A stretch of DNA of 64,000 nt from Eledone cirrhosa (Eukaryota), in contig OZ024740.1 of assembly GCA_964016885.1 (NCBI GenBank), positions 13,764,001-13,828,000 of the forward strand. Direction: 5' to 3'. The notes below the pieces were generated by a model. It had not been told where the DNA came from. It ran no database searches and saw nothing but the letters and a program-made list of their open reading frames with translations. The translations under genes were made by a program, and so were the position numbers. Each line of letters starts with the position of its first letter. The stretch's first letter is position 1. This document shows, piece by piece, positions 1 to 13,999 of the stretch.

Positions 1-363
1 TGTGGCCGTGTGTGTCTGTCTGTGTGTGTGTGTGTGTCACTGTGTGGCCGTGTGTGCCTGTCTGTGTGTGTGTCTGTGTCACAGTGTGGCCGTGTCTGTC
101 TGTCTGTGTGTGTGTGTGTGTCACTGTGTGGCCGTGTGTGTCTGTCTGTGTGTGTGTGTGTGTCACTGTGTGGCCGTGTGTGTCTGTCTGTGTGTGTGTG
201 TGTGTCACTGTGTGGCCGTGTGTGTCTGTCTGTGTGTGTGTGTGTGTGTGACACTGTGTGGCCGTGTGTGTCTGTCTGTGTGTGTGTGTGTGTGTCACTG
301 CGTGGCCGTGTGTGTCTGTCTGTGTGTGTGTGTGACACTGTGTGGCCGTGTGTGTCTGTCTGT

Positions 364-396
<33 letters not shown>

Positions 397-575
397 CGTG
401 TGTGTCACTGTGTGGCCGTGTGTGTCACTGTGTGGCCGTGTGTGTCTGTCTGTGTGTGTGTGTGTGTCACTGTATGGCCGTGTGTGTCCCTCTGTGTGTG
501 TGTCTGTGTCACTGTGTGGCCGTGTGTGTCTGTCTGTCTGTGTGTATGTGTCACTGTGTGGACGTGTGTGTCTGT

Positions 576-608
<33 letters not shown>

Positions 609-708
609 CGTGTGTGTCTGTCTGTGTGTGTGTGTATGTGAGACTGTGTGGCCGTGTGTGTCTGTCTGTGTGTGTGTGTGTGTCACAGTGTGGCCGTGTC
701 TGTCTGTC

Positions 709-740
<32 letters not shown>

Positions 741-1971
741 CGTGTCTGTCTGTCTGTGTGTGTGTGTGTGTCACTGTGTGGCCGTGTGTGTCTGTCTGTC
801 TGTGTGTATGTGTCACTGTGTGGCCGTGTGTGTCTGTGTGTGTGTGTGTGTCACTGTGTGGCCGTGTGTGTCTGCCTGTGTGTGTGTGTGTGTCACTGTG
901 TGGCCGTGTCTGTCTGTCTGTGTGTGTGTGTTTGTCACTGTGTGGTCGTGTCTGTCTGTGTGTGTGTGTGTGTCACAGTGTGGCCGTGTCTGTCTGTCTA
1001 TCTGTGTGTGTGTGTCACTGTGTGGCCGTGTGTGTCTGCCTGTGTGTGTGTGTCACAGTGTGGCCGTGTCTGTCTGTCTGTGTGTGTGTGTGTGACACTG
1101 TGTGGCCGTGTCTGTCTGTCTGTGTGTGTGTGACACTGTGTAGCCGTGTGTGTCTGTCTGTGTGTGTGTGTCACTGTATGGCCGTGTGTGTCTGTCTGTC
1201 TGTGTGTGTGTGTGACTGTGTGGCCGTGTGTGTCTGTCTGTGTGTGTGTGTGTGTCACAGTGTGGCCGTGTGTGTCTGTCTGTCTGTGTGTGTGTGTGAC
1301 TGTGTGGCCGTGTGTGTCTGTCTGTGTGTGTGTGTGTGTCACAGTGTGGCCGTGTCTGTCTGTCTGTGTGTGTGTGTCACTGTGTGGCCGTGTGTGTCTG
1401 TGTGTGTGTGTGTGTCACTGTGTGGCCGTGTGTGTCTGTCTGTGTGTGTGTGTGTATGTCACAGTGTGGCCGTGTGTGTCTGTGTGTGTGACACTGTGTG
1501 GCCGTGTGTGTCTGTCTGTGTGTGTGTGTGTGACACTGTGTGGCCGTGTGTGTCTGTCTGTGTGTGTGTGTGTGTGTCACTGTGTGGCCGTGTGTGTCTG
1601 TCTGTGTGTGTGTATGTGTCACTGTGTGGCCGTGTGTGTCTGTGTGTGTGTGTGTGTCACTGTGTGGCCGTGTGTGTCTGTCTGTGTGTGTGTGTGTGTC
1701 ACTGTTTGGCCGTGTGAGTCTGTCTGTGTGTGTGTATGTGTCACTGTGGCCGTGTGTGTCTGTGTGTGTGTGTGTGACACTGTGTGGCCGTGTGTGTCTG
1801 TCTGTGTGTGTGTGTGTGTCACTGTGTGGCCGTGTGTGTCTGTCTGTCTGTGTGTGTGTGTGTGTCACTGTGTGACCGTGTCTGTCTGTCTGTGTGTGTG
1901 TGTGTGTCACTGTGTGGCCGTATGTGTCTGTCTGTCTGTTTGTATGTGTCACTGTGTGGCCGTGTGTGTCT

Positions 1972-2004
<33 letters not shown>

Positions 2005-2054
2005 CGTGTGTGTCTGTCTGTGTGTGTGTGTGTCACTGTGTCGTCGTGTGTGTC

Positions 2055-2096
<42 letters not shown>

Positions 2097-2178
2097 CGTG
2101 TGTGTCTGTCTGTGTGTGTGTGTCACAGTGTGGCCGTGTCTGTCTGTCTGTGTGTGTGTATGTGTCACTGTGTGGCCG

Positions 2179-2217
<39 letters not shown>

Positions 2218-2726
2218 CACTGTGTGGCCGTGTGTGTCTATCTTTGTGTGTGTGTCACTGTGTGGCCGTGTGTGTCTGTCTGTGTGTTTGTGTCACTGTG
2301 TGGCCGTGTGTGTCTGTCTGTGTGTGTGTGTGTGTCACTGTGTGGCCGTGTGTGTCTATCTGTGTGTGTGTGTCACTGTGTGGCCGTGTCTGTCTGTGTG
2401 TGTGTGTGTGTGTGACACTGTGTGGCCGTGTGTGTCTGTCTGTGTGTGTGACACTGTGTGGCCGTGTGTGTCTGTCTCTGTGTGTGTGTGTGACACTGTG
2501 TGGCCGTGTGTGTCTGTCTGTGAGTGTGTGTGTGTCACAGTGTGGCCGTGTCTGTCTGTCTATCTGTGTGTGTGTGTCTCTGTGTGGCCGTGTGTGTGTC
2601 AGTGTGTGTGTGTGTGTCACAGTGTGGCCGTGTCTGTCTGTCTGTGTGTGTGTGTGTGACACTGAGTGGCCGTGTGTGTCTGTCTGTGTGTGTGTGTGTG
2701 TCACTTTGTGGCCGTGTGTGTCTGTC

Positions 2727-2758
<32 letters not shown>

Positions 2759-3278
2759 CGTGTGTGTCTGTCTGTGTGTGTGTGACACTGTGTGGCCGTG
2801 TGTGTCTGTCTGTGTGTGTGTGTGTGTCACAGTGTGGCCGTGTCTGTCTGTCTGTGTGTGTGTGTGTCACAGTGTAGCCGTGTGTGTCTGTCTGTCTGTG
2901 TTTGTCACTGTGTGGCCGTGTATGTCTATCTGTGTGTGTGTGTCACTGTGTGGCCGTGTCTGTCTGTCTGTGTGTGTGTGTGTGTCACTGTGTGGCCGTG
3001 TGTGTCTGTCTGTGTGTGTGTGTCACTGTGTGGCCGTGTGTGTCTGTCTCTGTGTGTGTGTCACAGTGTGGCCGTGTCTGTCTGTCTGTGTGTGTGTGTC
3101 ACTGTGTGGCCGTGTGTGTCTGTCTGTGTGTGTGTGTGTGTCACTGTGTGGCTGTGTGTGTCTGTCTGTGTGTGTGTATGTGTCACTGTGTGGCCGTGTG
3201 TGTCTGTGTGTGTGTGTGTCCCTGTGTGGCCGTGTCTGTCTGTCTGTGTGTGTGTGACACTGTGTAGCCGTGTGTGTC

Positions 3279-3309
<31 letters not shown>

Positions 3310-3930
3310 CACAGTGTGGCCGTGTCTGTCTGTCTGTGTGTGTGTGTGTGAGACTGTGTGGCCGTGTGTCTGTCTGTGTGTGTGTGTGTCACAGTGTGGC
3401 CGTGTCTGTCTGTCTGTGTGTGTGTGTGTCACTGTGTGGCCGTGTGTGTCTATCTGTGTGTGTGTGTCACTGTGTGGCCGTGTGTGTCTGTCTGTGTGTG
3501 TGTATGTGTCACTGTGTGGCCGTGTCTGTCTGTCTGTGTGTGTGTGTGTGTGTCACAGTGTGGCCGTGTCTGTCTGTCTGTGTGTGTGTCACTGTGTGGC
3601 CGTGTGTGTCTATCTGTGTGTGTGTGTCACTGTGTGGCCGTGTCTGTCTGTCTGTGTGTGTGTGTGTCACTGTGTGGCCGTGTGTGTCTGTCTGTGTGTG
3701 TGTGTGTGTCACTGTGTGGCCGTGTGTGTCTGTGTGTGTGTGTGTGACACTGTGTGGCCGTGTGTGTCTGTCTGTGTGTGTGTGTGACACTGTGTGTGTC
3801 TGTGTGTGTGTGTGTGTGTGACACTGTGTGTGTGTGTGTCTGTGTGTCTGTGTCTGTGTGTGTGTGTCACTGTGTGGCCGTGTGTGTCTATATGTGTGTG
3901 TGTGTCACTGTGTGGCCGTGTGTGTCTGTC

Positions 3931-3962
<32 letters not shown>

Positions 3963-4544
3963 CGTGTGTGTCTGTCTGTGTGTGTGTGTGTGTGTGTGTG
4001 TCACTGTGTCTGTCTGTCTCTGTGTGTGTGTGTCACTGTGTGTGTCTGTCTGTGTGTGTGTGTGTCTGTCTGTGTGTGTGTGTGTGTGTGTCACTGTGTG
4101 TGTCTGTCTGTGTGTGTGTGTGTGTCACTGTGTGGCCGTTTGTGTCTGTCTGTCTGTCTGTCTGTGTGTCACAGTGTGGCCGTGTGAGTCTGTCTGTGTG
4201 TGTGTATGTGTCAGGGTGGCCGTGTGTGTCTGTCTGTGTGTGTGTGTGTGTCACGGTGTGGCCGTGTGTGTCTGTCTGTGTGTGTGTGTGACACTGTGTG
4301 GCCGTGTCTGTGTGTGTGTGACACTGTGTGGCAGTGTGTGTCTGTCTGTGTGTGTGTGTCACTGTGTGGCCGTGTGTGTCTGTCTGTGTGTGTGTGTGTG
4401 TGTCACTGTGTGGCCGTGTGTGTCTGTCTGTGTGTGTGTGTGTGTCACTGTGTGGCCGTGTGTGTCTGTCTGTGTGTGTGTGTGTGTCACTGTGTGGCCG
4501 TGTCTGTCTGTGTGTGTGTGTGTCACTGTGTGGCCGTGTCTGTC

Positions 4545-4576
<32 letters not shown>

Positions 4577-4624
4577 CGTGTCTGTCTGTGTGTGTGTGTG
4601 TCACTGTGTGGCCGTGTGTCTGTC

Positions 4625-4656
<32 letters not shown>

Positions 4657-5559
4657 CGTGTCTGTCTGTGTTTGTGTGTGTGTCACTGTATGGCCGTGTG
4701 TGTCTGTCTGTCTGTGTGTGTGTGTGACTGTGTGGCCGTGTGTGTCTGTCTGTGTGTGTGTGTGTGTCACAGTGTGGCCGTGTGTGTCTGTCTGTCTGTG
4801 TGTGTGTGTGACTGTGTGGCCGTGTGTGTCTGTCTGTGTGTGTGTGTGTGTCACAGTGTGGCCGTGTCTGTCTGTCTGTGTGTGTGTGTCACTGTGTGGC
4901 CGTGTGTGTCTGTCTGTGTGTGTGTGTCACTGTGTGGCCGTGTGTGTCTGTGTGTGTGTGTGTGTCACTGTGTGGCCGTGTGTGTCTGTCTGTGTGTGTG
5001 TGTGTATGTCACAGTGTGGCCGTGTGTGTCTGTGTGTGTGACACTGTGTGGCCGTGTGTGTCTGTCTGTGTGTGTGTGTGTGACACTGTGTGGCCGTGTG
5101 TGTCTGTCTGTGTGTGTGTGTGTGTGTCACTGTGTGGCCGTGTGTGTCTGTCTGTGTGTGTGTATGTGTCACTGTGTGGCCGTGTGTGTCTGTGTGTGTG
5201 TGTGTGTCACTGTGTGGCCGTGTGTGTCTGTCTGTGTGTGTGTGTGTGTCACTGTTTGGCCGTGTGAGTCTGTCTGTGTGTGTGTATGTGTCACTGTGGC
5301 CGTGTGTGTCTGTGTGTGTGTGTGTGACACTGTGTGGCCGTGTGTGTCTGTCTGTGTGTGTGTGTGTGTCACTGTGTGGCCGTGTGTATCTATCTGTGTG
5401 TGTGTGTCACTGTGTGGCCGTGTGTGTCTGTCTGTCTGTGTGTGTGTGTGTGTCACTGTGTGACCGTGTCTGTCTGTCTGTGTGTGTGTGTGTGTCACTG
5501 TGTGGCCGTATGTGTCTGTCTGTCTGTTTGTATGTGTCACTGTGTGGCCGTGTGTGTCT

Positions 5560-5592
<33 letters not shown>

Positions 5593-5684
5593 CGTGTGTG
5601 TCTGTCTGTGTGTGTGTGTGTGTCACTGTGTGGCCGTGTCTGTCTGTCTGTGTGTGTGTGTGTCACTGTGTCGTCGTGTGTGTC

Positions 5685-5726
<42 letters not shown>

Positions 5727-5808
5727 CGTGTGTGTCTGTCTGTGTGTGTGTGTCACAGTGTGGCCGTGTCTGTCTGTCTGTGTGTGTGTATGTGTCACTG
5801 TGTGGCCG

Positions 5809-5847
<39 letters not shown>

Positions 5848-6356
5848 CACTGTGTGGCCGTGTGTGTCTATCTTTGTGTGTGTGTCACTGTGTGGCCGTG
5901 TGTGTCTGTCTGTGTGTTTGTGTCACTGTGTGGCCGTGTGTGTCTGTCTGTGTGTGTGTGTGTGTCACTGTGTGGCCGTGTGTGTCTATCTGTGTGTGTG
6001 TGTCACTGTGTGGCCGTGTCTGTCTGTGTGTGTGTGTGTGTGTGACACTGTGTGGCCGTGTGTGTCTGTCTGTGTGTGTGACACTGTGTGGCCGTGTGTG
6101 TCTGTCTCTGTGTGTGTGTGTGACACTGTGTGGCCGTGTGTGTCTGTCTGTGAGTGTGTGTGTGTCACAGTGTGGCCGTGTCTGTCTGTCTATCTGTGTG
6201 TGTGTGTCTCTGTGTGGCCGTGTGTGTGTCAGTGTGTGTGTGTGTGTCACAGTGTGGCCGTGTCTGTCTGTCTGTGTGTGTGTGTGTGACACTGAGTGGC
6301 CGTGTGTGTCTGTCTGTGTGTGTGTGTGTGTCACTTTGTGGCCGTGTGTGTCTGTC

Positions 6357-6388
<32 letters not shown>

Positions 6389-6908
6389 CGTGTGTGTCTG
6401 TCTGTGTGTGTGTGACACTGTGTGGCCGTGTGTGTCTGTCTGTGTGTGTGTGTGTGTCACAGTGTGGCCGTGTCTGTCTGTCTGTGTGTGTGTGTGTCAC
6501 AGTGTAGCCGTGTGTGTCTGTCTGTCTGTGTTTGTCACTGTGTGGCCGTGTATGTCTATCTGTGTGTGTGTGTCACTGTGTGGCCGTGTCTGTCTGTCTG
6601 TGTGTGTGTGTGTGTCACTGTGTGGCCGTGTGTGTCTGTCTGTGTGTGTGTGTCACTGTGTGGCCGTGTGTGTCTGTCTCTGTGTGTGTGTCACAGTGTG
6701 GCCGTGTCTGTCTGTCTGTGTGTGTGTGTCACTGTGTGGCCGTGTGTGTCTGTCTGTGTGTGTGTGTGTGTCACTGTGTGGCTGTGTGTGTCTGTCTGTG
6801 TGTGTGTATGTGTCACTGTGTGGCCGTGTGTGTCTGTGTGTGTGTGTGTCCCTGTGTGGCCGTGTCTGTCTGTCTGTGTGTGTGTGACACTGTGTAGCCG
6901 TGTGTGTC

Positions 6909-6939
<31 letters not shown>

Positions 6940-8034
6940 CACAGTGTGGCCGTGTCTGTCTGTCTGTGTGTGTGTGTGTGAGACTGTGTGGCCGTGTGTC
7001 TGTCTGTGTGTGTGTGTGTCACAGTGTGGCCGTGTCTGTCTGTCTGTGTGTGTGTGTGTCACTGTGTGGCCGTGTGTGTCTATCTGTGTGTGTGTGTCAC
7101 TGTGTGGCCGTGTGTGTCTGTCTGTGTGTGTGTATGTGTCACTGTGTGGCCGTGTCTGTCTGTCTGTGTGTGTGTGTGTGTGTCACAGTGTGGCCGTGTC
7201 TGTCTGTCTGTGTGTGTGTCACTGTGTGGCCGTGTGTGTCTATCTGTGTGTGTGTGTCACTGTGTGGCCGTGTCTGTCTGTCTGTGTGTGTGTGTGTCAC
7301 TGTGTGGCCGTGTGTGTCTGTCTGTGTGTGTGTGTGTGTCACTGTGTGGCCGTGTGTGTCTGTGTGTGTGTGTGTGACACTGTGTGGCCGTGTGTGTCTG
7401 TCTGTGTGTGTGTGTGACACTGTGTGTGTCTGTGTGTGTGTGTGTGTGTGACACTGTGTGTGTGTGTGTCTGTGTGTCTGTGTCTGTGTGTGTGTGTCAC
7501 TGTGTGGCCGTGTGTGTCTATATGTGTGTGTGTGTCACTGTGTGGCCGTGTGTGTCTGTCTGTGTGTGTGTGTGTGTGTGTCACTGTGTGTGTCTGTCTG
7601 TGTGTGTGTGTGTGTCACTGTGTGGCCGTTTGTGTCTGTCTGTCTGTCTGTCTGTGTGTCACAGTGTGGCCGTGTGAGTCTGTCTGTGTGTGTGTATGTG
7701 TCAGGGTGGCCGTGTGTGTCTGTCTGTGTGTGTGTGTGTGTCACGGTGTGGCCGTGTGTGTCTGTCTGTGTGTGTGTGTGACACTGTGTGGCCGTGTCTG
7801 TGTGTGTGTGACACTGTGTGGCAGTGTGTGTCTGTCTGTGTGTGTGTGTCACTGTGTGGCCGTGTGTGTCTGTCTGTGTGTGTGTGTGTGTGTCACTGTG
7901 TGGCCGTGTGTGTCTGTCTGTGTGTGTGTGTGTGTCACTGTGTGGCCGTGTGTGTCTGTCTGTGTGTGTGTGTGTGTCACTGTGTGGCCGTGTCTGTCTG
8001 TGTGTGTGTGTGTCACTGTGTGGCCGTGTCTGTC

Positions 8035-8066
<32 letters not shown>

Positions 8067-8114
8067 CGTGTCTGTCTGTGTGTGTGTGTGTCACTGTGTG
8101 GCCGTGTGTCTGTC

Positions 8115-8146
<32 letters not shown>

Positions 8147-8199
8147 CGTGTCTGTCTGTGTTTGTGTGTGTGTCACTGTGTGGCCGTGTGTCTGTCTGT

Positions 8200-8232
<33 letters not shown>

Positions 8233-8318
8233 CGTGTCTGTCTGTGTGAGTGTGTGTGTCACTGTGTGGCCGTGTGTGTCTGTCTGCGTGTGTGCGTCAA
8301 TGTGTGGCCGTGTCTGTC

Positions 8319-8350
<32 letters not shown>

Positions 8351-8360
8351 CGTGTCTGTC

Positions 8361-8392
<32 letters not shown>

Positions 8393-9516
8393 CGTGTGTG
8401 TCTGTCTGTGTGTGTGTGTCACTGTGTGGCCGTGTCTGTCTGTCTGTGTGTGATTGTGTGTCACTGTGTGGCCGTGTGTGTCTGTATGCGTGTGTGTGTC
8501 ACTGTGTGGCCGTGTGTGTCTGTCTGTGTGTGTGTGTCACTGTGTGGCCGTGTGTGTCTGTGTGTGTGTGTGTGTCTGTGGCCGTGTGTGTCTGTCTCTG
8601 TGTGTGTGTGTGTCACTGTGTAGCCGTGTATGTCTATCTGTGCGTGTGTGTCACTGTGTGGCCGTGTGTGTCTGTGTGTGTGTGTGTGTCTGTGTGTGTG
8701 TGTGTCTGTGTGTGTGTGTGTGTGACACTGTGTGGCCGTGTGTGTCTGTCTGTGTGTGTGTGTGACACTGTGTGTGTCTGTGTGTGTGTGTGTGTGTGAC
8801 ACTGTGTGTGTGTGTGTCTGTGTGTCTGTGTCTGTGTGTGTGTGTCACTGTGTGGCCGTGTGTGTCTATATGTGTGTGTGTGTCACTGTGTGGCCGTGTG
8901 TGTCTGTCTGTGTGTGTGTGTGTGTCACTGTGTGGCCGTGTGTGTCTGTCTGTGTGTGTGTGTGTGTGTGTGTCACTGTGTCTGTCTGTCTCTGTGTGTG
9001 TGTGTCACTGTGTGTGTCTGTCTGTGTGTGTGTGTGTCTGTCTGTGTGTGTGTGTGTGTGTGTCACTGTGTGTGTCTGTCTGTGTGTGTGTGTGTGTCAC
9101 TGTGTGGCCGTTTGTGTCTGTCTGTCTGTCTGTCTGTGTGTCACAGTGTGGCCGTGTGAGTCTGTCTGTGTGTGTGTATGTGTCAGGGTGGCCGTGTGTG
9201 TCTGTCTGTGTGTGTGTGTGTGTCACGGTGTGGCCGTGTGTGTCTGTCTGTGTGTGTGTGTGACACTGTGTGGCCGTGTCTGTGTGTGTGTGACACTGTG
9301 TGGCAGTGTGTGTCTGTCTGTGTGTGTGTGTCACTGTGTGGCCGTGTGTGTCTGTCTGTGTGTGTGTGTGTGTGTCACTGTGTGGCCGTGTGTGTCTGTC
9401 TGTGTGTGTGTGTGTGTCACTGTGTGGCCGTGTGTGTCTGTCTGTGTGTGTGTGTGTGTCACTGTGTGGCCGTGTCTGTCTGTGTGTGTGTGTGTCACTG
9501 TGTGGCCGTGTCTGTC

Positions 9517-9548
<32 letters not shown>

Positions 9549-9596
9549 CGTGTCTGTCTGTGTGTGTGTGTGTCACTGTGTGGCCGTGTGTCTGTC

Positions 9597-9628
<32 letters not shown>

Positions 9629-9681
9629 CGTGTCTGTCTGTGTTTGTGTGTGTGTCACTGTGTGGCCGTGTGTCTGTCTGT

Positions 9682-9714
<33 letters not shown>

Positions 9715-9800
9715 CGTGTCTGTCTGTGTGAGTGTGTGTGTCACTGTGTGGCCGTGTGTGTCTGTCTGCGTGTGTGCGTCAATGTGTGGCCGTGTCTGTC

Positions 9801-9832
<32 letters not shown>

Positions 9833-9842
9833 CGTGTCTGTC

Positions 9843-9874
<32 letters not shown>

Positions 9875-10030
9875 CGTGTGTGTCTGTCTGTGTGTGTGTG
9901 TCACTGTGTGGCCGTGTCTGTCTGTCTGTGTGTGATTGTGTGTCACTGTGTGGCCGTGTGTGTCTGTATGCGTGTGTGTGTCACTGTGTGGCCGTGTGTG
10001 TCTGTCTGTGTGTGTGTGTCACTGTGTGGC

Positions 10031-10063
<33 letters not shown>

Positions 10064-10345
10064 CTCACTGTGTGGCCGTGTCTGTCTGTCTGTGTGTGTG
10101 TGTGTGTCACTGTGTGGCTGTGTCTGTCTGTGTTGTGTGTGTGTGTGTGTGTCACTGTGTGGCCGTGTCTGTCTGTCTGTGTGTGTGTGTGTCACTATGT
10201 GGCCGTGTGTGTCTGTCTGTGTGTGTATCTGTGTCACTGTGTGTGCCGTGTGTGTCTGTCTGTGTGTGTGTGTGTGTCACTGTGTGGCCGTGTCTGTCTG
10301 TCTGTGTGTGTGTGTGTCACTGTGTGGTCGTGTGTGTCTGTCTGT

Positions 10346-10378
<33 letters not shown>

Positions 10379-10450
10379 CGTGTGTGTGTGTGTGTCACAG
10401 TGTGGCCGTGTCTGTCTGTCTGTGTGTGTGTATGTGTCACTGTGTGGCCG

Positions 10451-10498
<48 letters not shown>

Positions 10499-11000
10499 CG
10501 TGTGTGTCTATCTTTGTGTGTGTGTCACTGTGTGGCCGTGTGTGTCTGTCTGTGTGTTTGTGTCACTGTGTGGCCGTGTGTGTCTGTCTGTGTGTGTGTG
10601 TGTGTCACTGTGTGGCCGTGTGTGTCTATCTGTGTGTGTGTGTCACTGTGTGGCCGTGTCTGTCTGTGTGTGTGTGTGTGTGTGACACTGTGTGGCCGTG
10701 TGTGTCTGTCTGTGTGTGTGACACTGTGTGGCCGTGTGTGTCTGTCTCTGTGTGTGTGTGTGACACTGTGTGGCCGTGTGTGTCTGTCTGTGAGTGTGTG
10801 TGTGTCACAGTGTGGCCGTGTCTGTCTGTCTATCTGTGTGTGTGTGTCTCTGTGTGGCCGTGTGTGTGTCAGTGTGTGTGTGTGTGTCACAGTGTGGCCG
10901 TGTCTGTCTGTCTGTGTGTGTGTGTGTGACACTGAGTGGCCGTGTGTGTCTGTCTGTGTGTGTGTGTGTGTGTGTCACTTTGTGGCCGTGTGTGTCTGTC

Positions 11001-11032
<32 letters not shown>

Positions 11033-11554
11033 CGTGTGTGTCTGTCTGTGTGTGTGTGACACTGTGTGGCCGTGTGTGTCTGTCTGTGTGTGTGTGTGTG
11101 TCACAGTGTGGCCGTGTCTGTCTGTCTGTGTGTGTGTGTGTCACAGTGTAGCCGTGTGTGTCTGTCTGTCTGTGTGTGTCACTGTGTGGCCGTGTATGTC
11201 TATCTGTGTGTGTGTGTCACTGTGTGGCCGTGTCTGTCTGTCTGTGTGTGTGTGTGTCACTGTGTGGCCGTGTGTGTCTGTCTGTGTGTGTGTGTCACTG
11301 TGTGGCCGTGTGTGTCTGTCTCTGTGTGTGTGTGTGTCACAGTGTGGCCGTGTCTGTCTGTCTGTGTGTGTGTGTCACTGTGTGGCCGTGTGTGTCTGTC
11401 TGTGTGTGTGTGTGTGTCACTGTGTGGCTGCGTGTGTCTGTCTGTGTGTGTGTATGTGTCACTGTGTGGCCGTGTGTGTCTGTGTGTGTGTGTGTCCCTG
11501 TGTGGCCGTGTCTGTCTGTCTGTGTGTGTGTGACACTGTGTAGCCGTGTGTGTC

Positions 11555-11590
<36 letters not shown>

Positions 11591-12684
11591 ACAGTGTGGC
11601 CGTGTCTGTCTGTCTGTGTGTGTGTGTGTGACACTGTGTGGCCGTGTGTCTGTCTGTGTGTGTGTGTGTCACAGTGTGGCCGTGTCTGTCTGTCTGTGTG
11701 TGTGTGTGTCACTGTGTGGCCGTGTGTGTCTATCTGTGTGTGTGTGTCACTGTGTGGCCGTGTGTGTCTGTCTGTGTGTGTGTATGTGTCACTGTGTGGC
11801 CGTGTGTGTCTGTCTGTGTGTGTGTGTGTCACAGTGTGGCCGTGTCTGTCTGTCTGTGTGTGTGTCACTGTGTGGCCGTGTCTGTCTGTCTGTGTGTGTG
11901 TGTGTCACTGTGTGGCCGTGTGTGTCTGTCTGTGTGTGTGTGTGTCACTGTGTGGCCGTGTGTGTCTGTCTCTGTGTGTGTGTGTGTCACTGTGTAGCCG
12001 TGTATGTCTATCTGTGTGTGTGTGTCACTGTGTGGCCGTGTGTGTCTGTGTGTGTGTGTGTGTCTGTGTGTGTGTGTGTCTGTGTGTGTGTGTGTGTGTG
12101 TGTGACACTGTGTGTGTGTGTGTCTGTGTGTCTGTGTCTGTGTGTGTGTGTCACTGTGTGGCCGTGTGTGTCTATCTGTGTGTGTGTGTCACTGTGTGGC
12201 CGTGTGTGTCTGTCTGTGTGTGTGTGTGTGTCACTGTGTGGCCGTGTGTGTCTGTCTGTGTGTGTGTGTGTGTCACTGTGTGGCCGTTTGTGTCTGTCTG
12301 TCTGTCTGTCTGTGTGTCACAGTGTGGCCGTGTGAGTCTGTCTGTGTGTGTGTATGTGTCAGGGTGGCCGTGTGTGTCTGTCTGTGTGTGTGTGTGTCAC
12401 GGTGTGGCCGTGTGTGTCTGTCTGTGTGTGTGTGTGACACTGTGTGGCCGTGTCTGTGTGTGTGTGACACTGTGTGGCAGTGTGTGTCTGTCTGTGTGTG
12501 TGTGTCACTGTGTGGCCGTGTGTGTCTGTCTGTGTGTGTGTGTGTGTGTCACTGTGTGGCCGTGTGTGTCTGTCTGTGTGTGTGTGTGTGTCACTGTGTG
12601 GCCGTGTGTGTCTGTGTGTGTGTGTGTCACTGTGTGGCCGTGTCTGTCTGTGTGTGTGTGTGTCACTGTGTGGCCGTGTCTGTC

Positions 12685-12716
<32 letters not shown>

Positions 12717-12764
12717 CGTGTCTGTCTGTGTGTGTGTGTGTCACTGTGTGGCCGTGTGTCTGTC

Positions 12765-12796
<32 letters not shown>

Positions 12797-12849
12797 CGTG
12801 TCTGTCTGTGTTTGTGTGTGTGTCACTGTGTGGCCGTGTGTCTGTCTGT

Positions 12850-12882
<33 letters not shown>

Positions 12883-12968
12883 CGTGTCTGTCTGTGTGAG
12901 TGTGTGTGTCACTGTGTGGCCGTGTGTGTCTGTCTGCGTGTGTGCGTCAATGTGTGGCCGTGTCTGTC

Positions 12969-13000
<32 letters not shown>

Positions 13001-13010
13001 CGTGTCTGTC

Positions 13011-13042
<32 letters not shown>

Positions 13043-13198
13043 CGTGTGTGTCTGTCTGTGTGTGTGTGTCACTGTGTGGCCGTGTCTGTCTGTCTGTGTG
13101 TGATTGTGTGTCACTGTGTGGCCGTGTGTGTCTGTATGCGTGTGTGTGTCACTGTGTGGCCGTGTGTGTCTGTCTGTGTGTGTGTGTCACTGTGTGGC

Positions 13199-13231
<33 letters not shown>

Positions 13232-13766
13232 CTCACTGTGTGGCCGTGTCTGTCTGTCTGTGTGTGTGTGTGTGTCACTGTGTGGCTGTGTCTGTCTGTG
13301 TTGTGTGTGTGTGTGTGTGTCACTGTGTGGCCGTGTCTGTCTGTCTGTGTGTGTGTGTGTCACTGTGTGGCCGTGTGTGTCTGTCTGTGTGTGTATCTGT
13401 GTCACTGTGTGTGCCGTGTGTGTCTGTCTGTGTGTGTGTGTGTGTCACAGTGTGGCCGTGTCTGTCTGTCTGTGTGTGTGTGTGTGTCACTGTGTGGCTG
13501 TGTCTGTCTGTGTGTGTGTGTGTGTGTCACTGTGTGGCCGTGTGTGTCTGTCTGTGTGTGTGTGTGTGTCACTGTGTGTGCCGTGTGTGTCTGTCTGTGT
13601 GTGTGTGTGACTGTGTGGCCGTGTGTGTCTGTCAGTGTGTGTGTGTGTGTGTCATTGTGTGGACGTATGTGTCTGTCTGTGTGTGTGTGTGTGTGTGTCA
13701 CAGTGTGGCCGTGTGTGTCTGTCTGTGTGTGTGTGTGTGCCAGAGTGTGGCCGTGTGTGTCTGTCT

Positions 13767-13799
<33 letters not shown>

Positions 13800-13995
13800 C
13801 GTGTCTGTCTGTCTGTGTGTGTGTGTGTGTCACTGTGTGGCCGTGTGTGTCTGTCTGTGTGTGTGTGTGACACTGTGTGGCCGTGTGTGTCTGTCTGTGT
13901 GTGTGTGTGTGTGTCACTGTGTGGCCGTGTGTGTCTGTGTGTGTGTGTGTGTCACTGTGTGGCCGTGTGTGTCTGTGTGTGTGTGTGTGTGTATG
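1..13995. repeat. (GT)-rich minisatellite, ~36-46 bp unit CACTGTGTGGCCGTGTGTGTCTGTCT(GT)n
   Basis: The anchor CACTGTGTGGCCG recurs throughout, separated by variable-length GT tracts. All overlapping Cys/Val or His/Thr ORFs are translations of this repeat. Confidence 0.97.
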
Positions 13996-13999
13996 TGTG

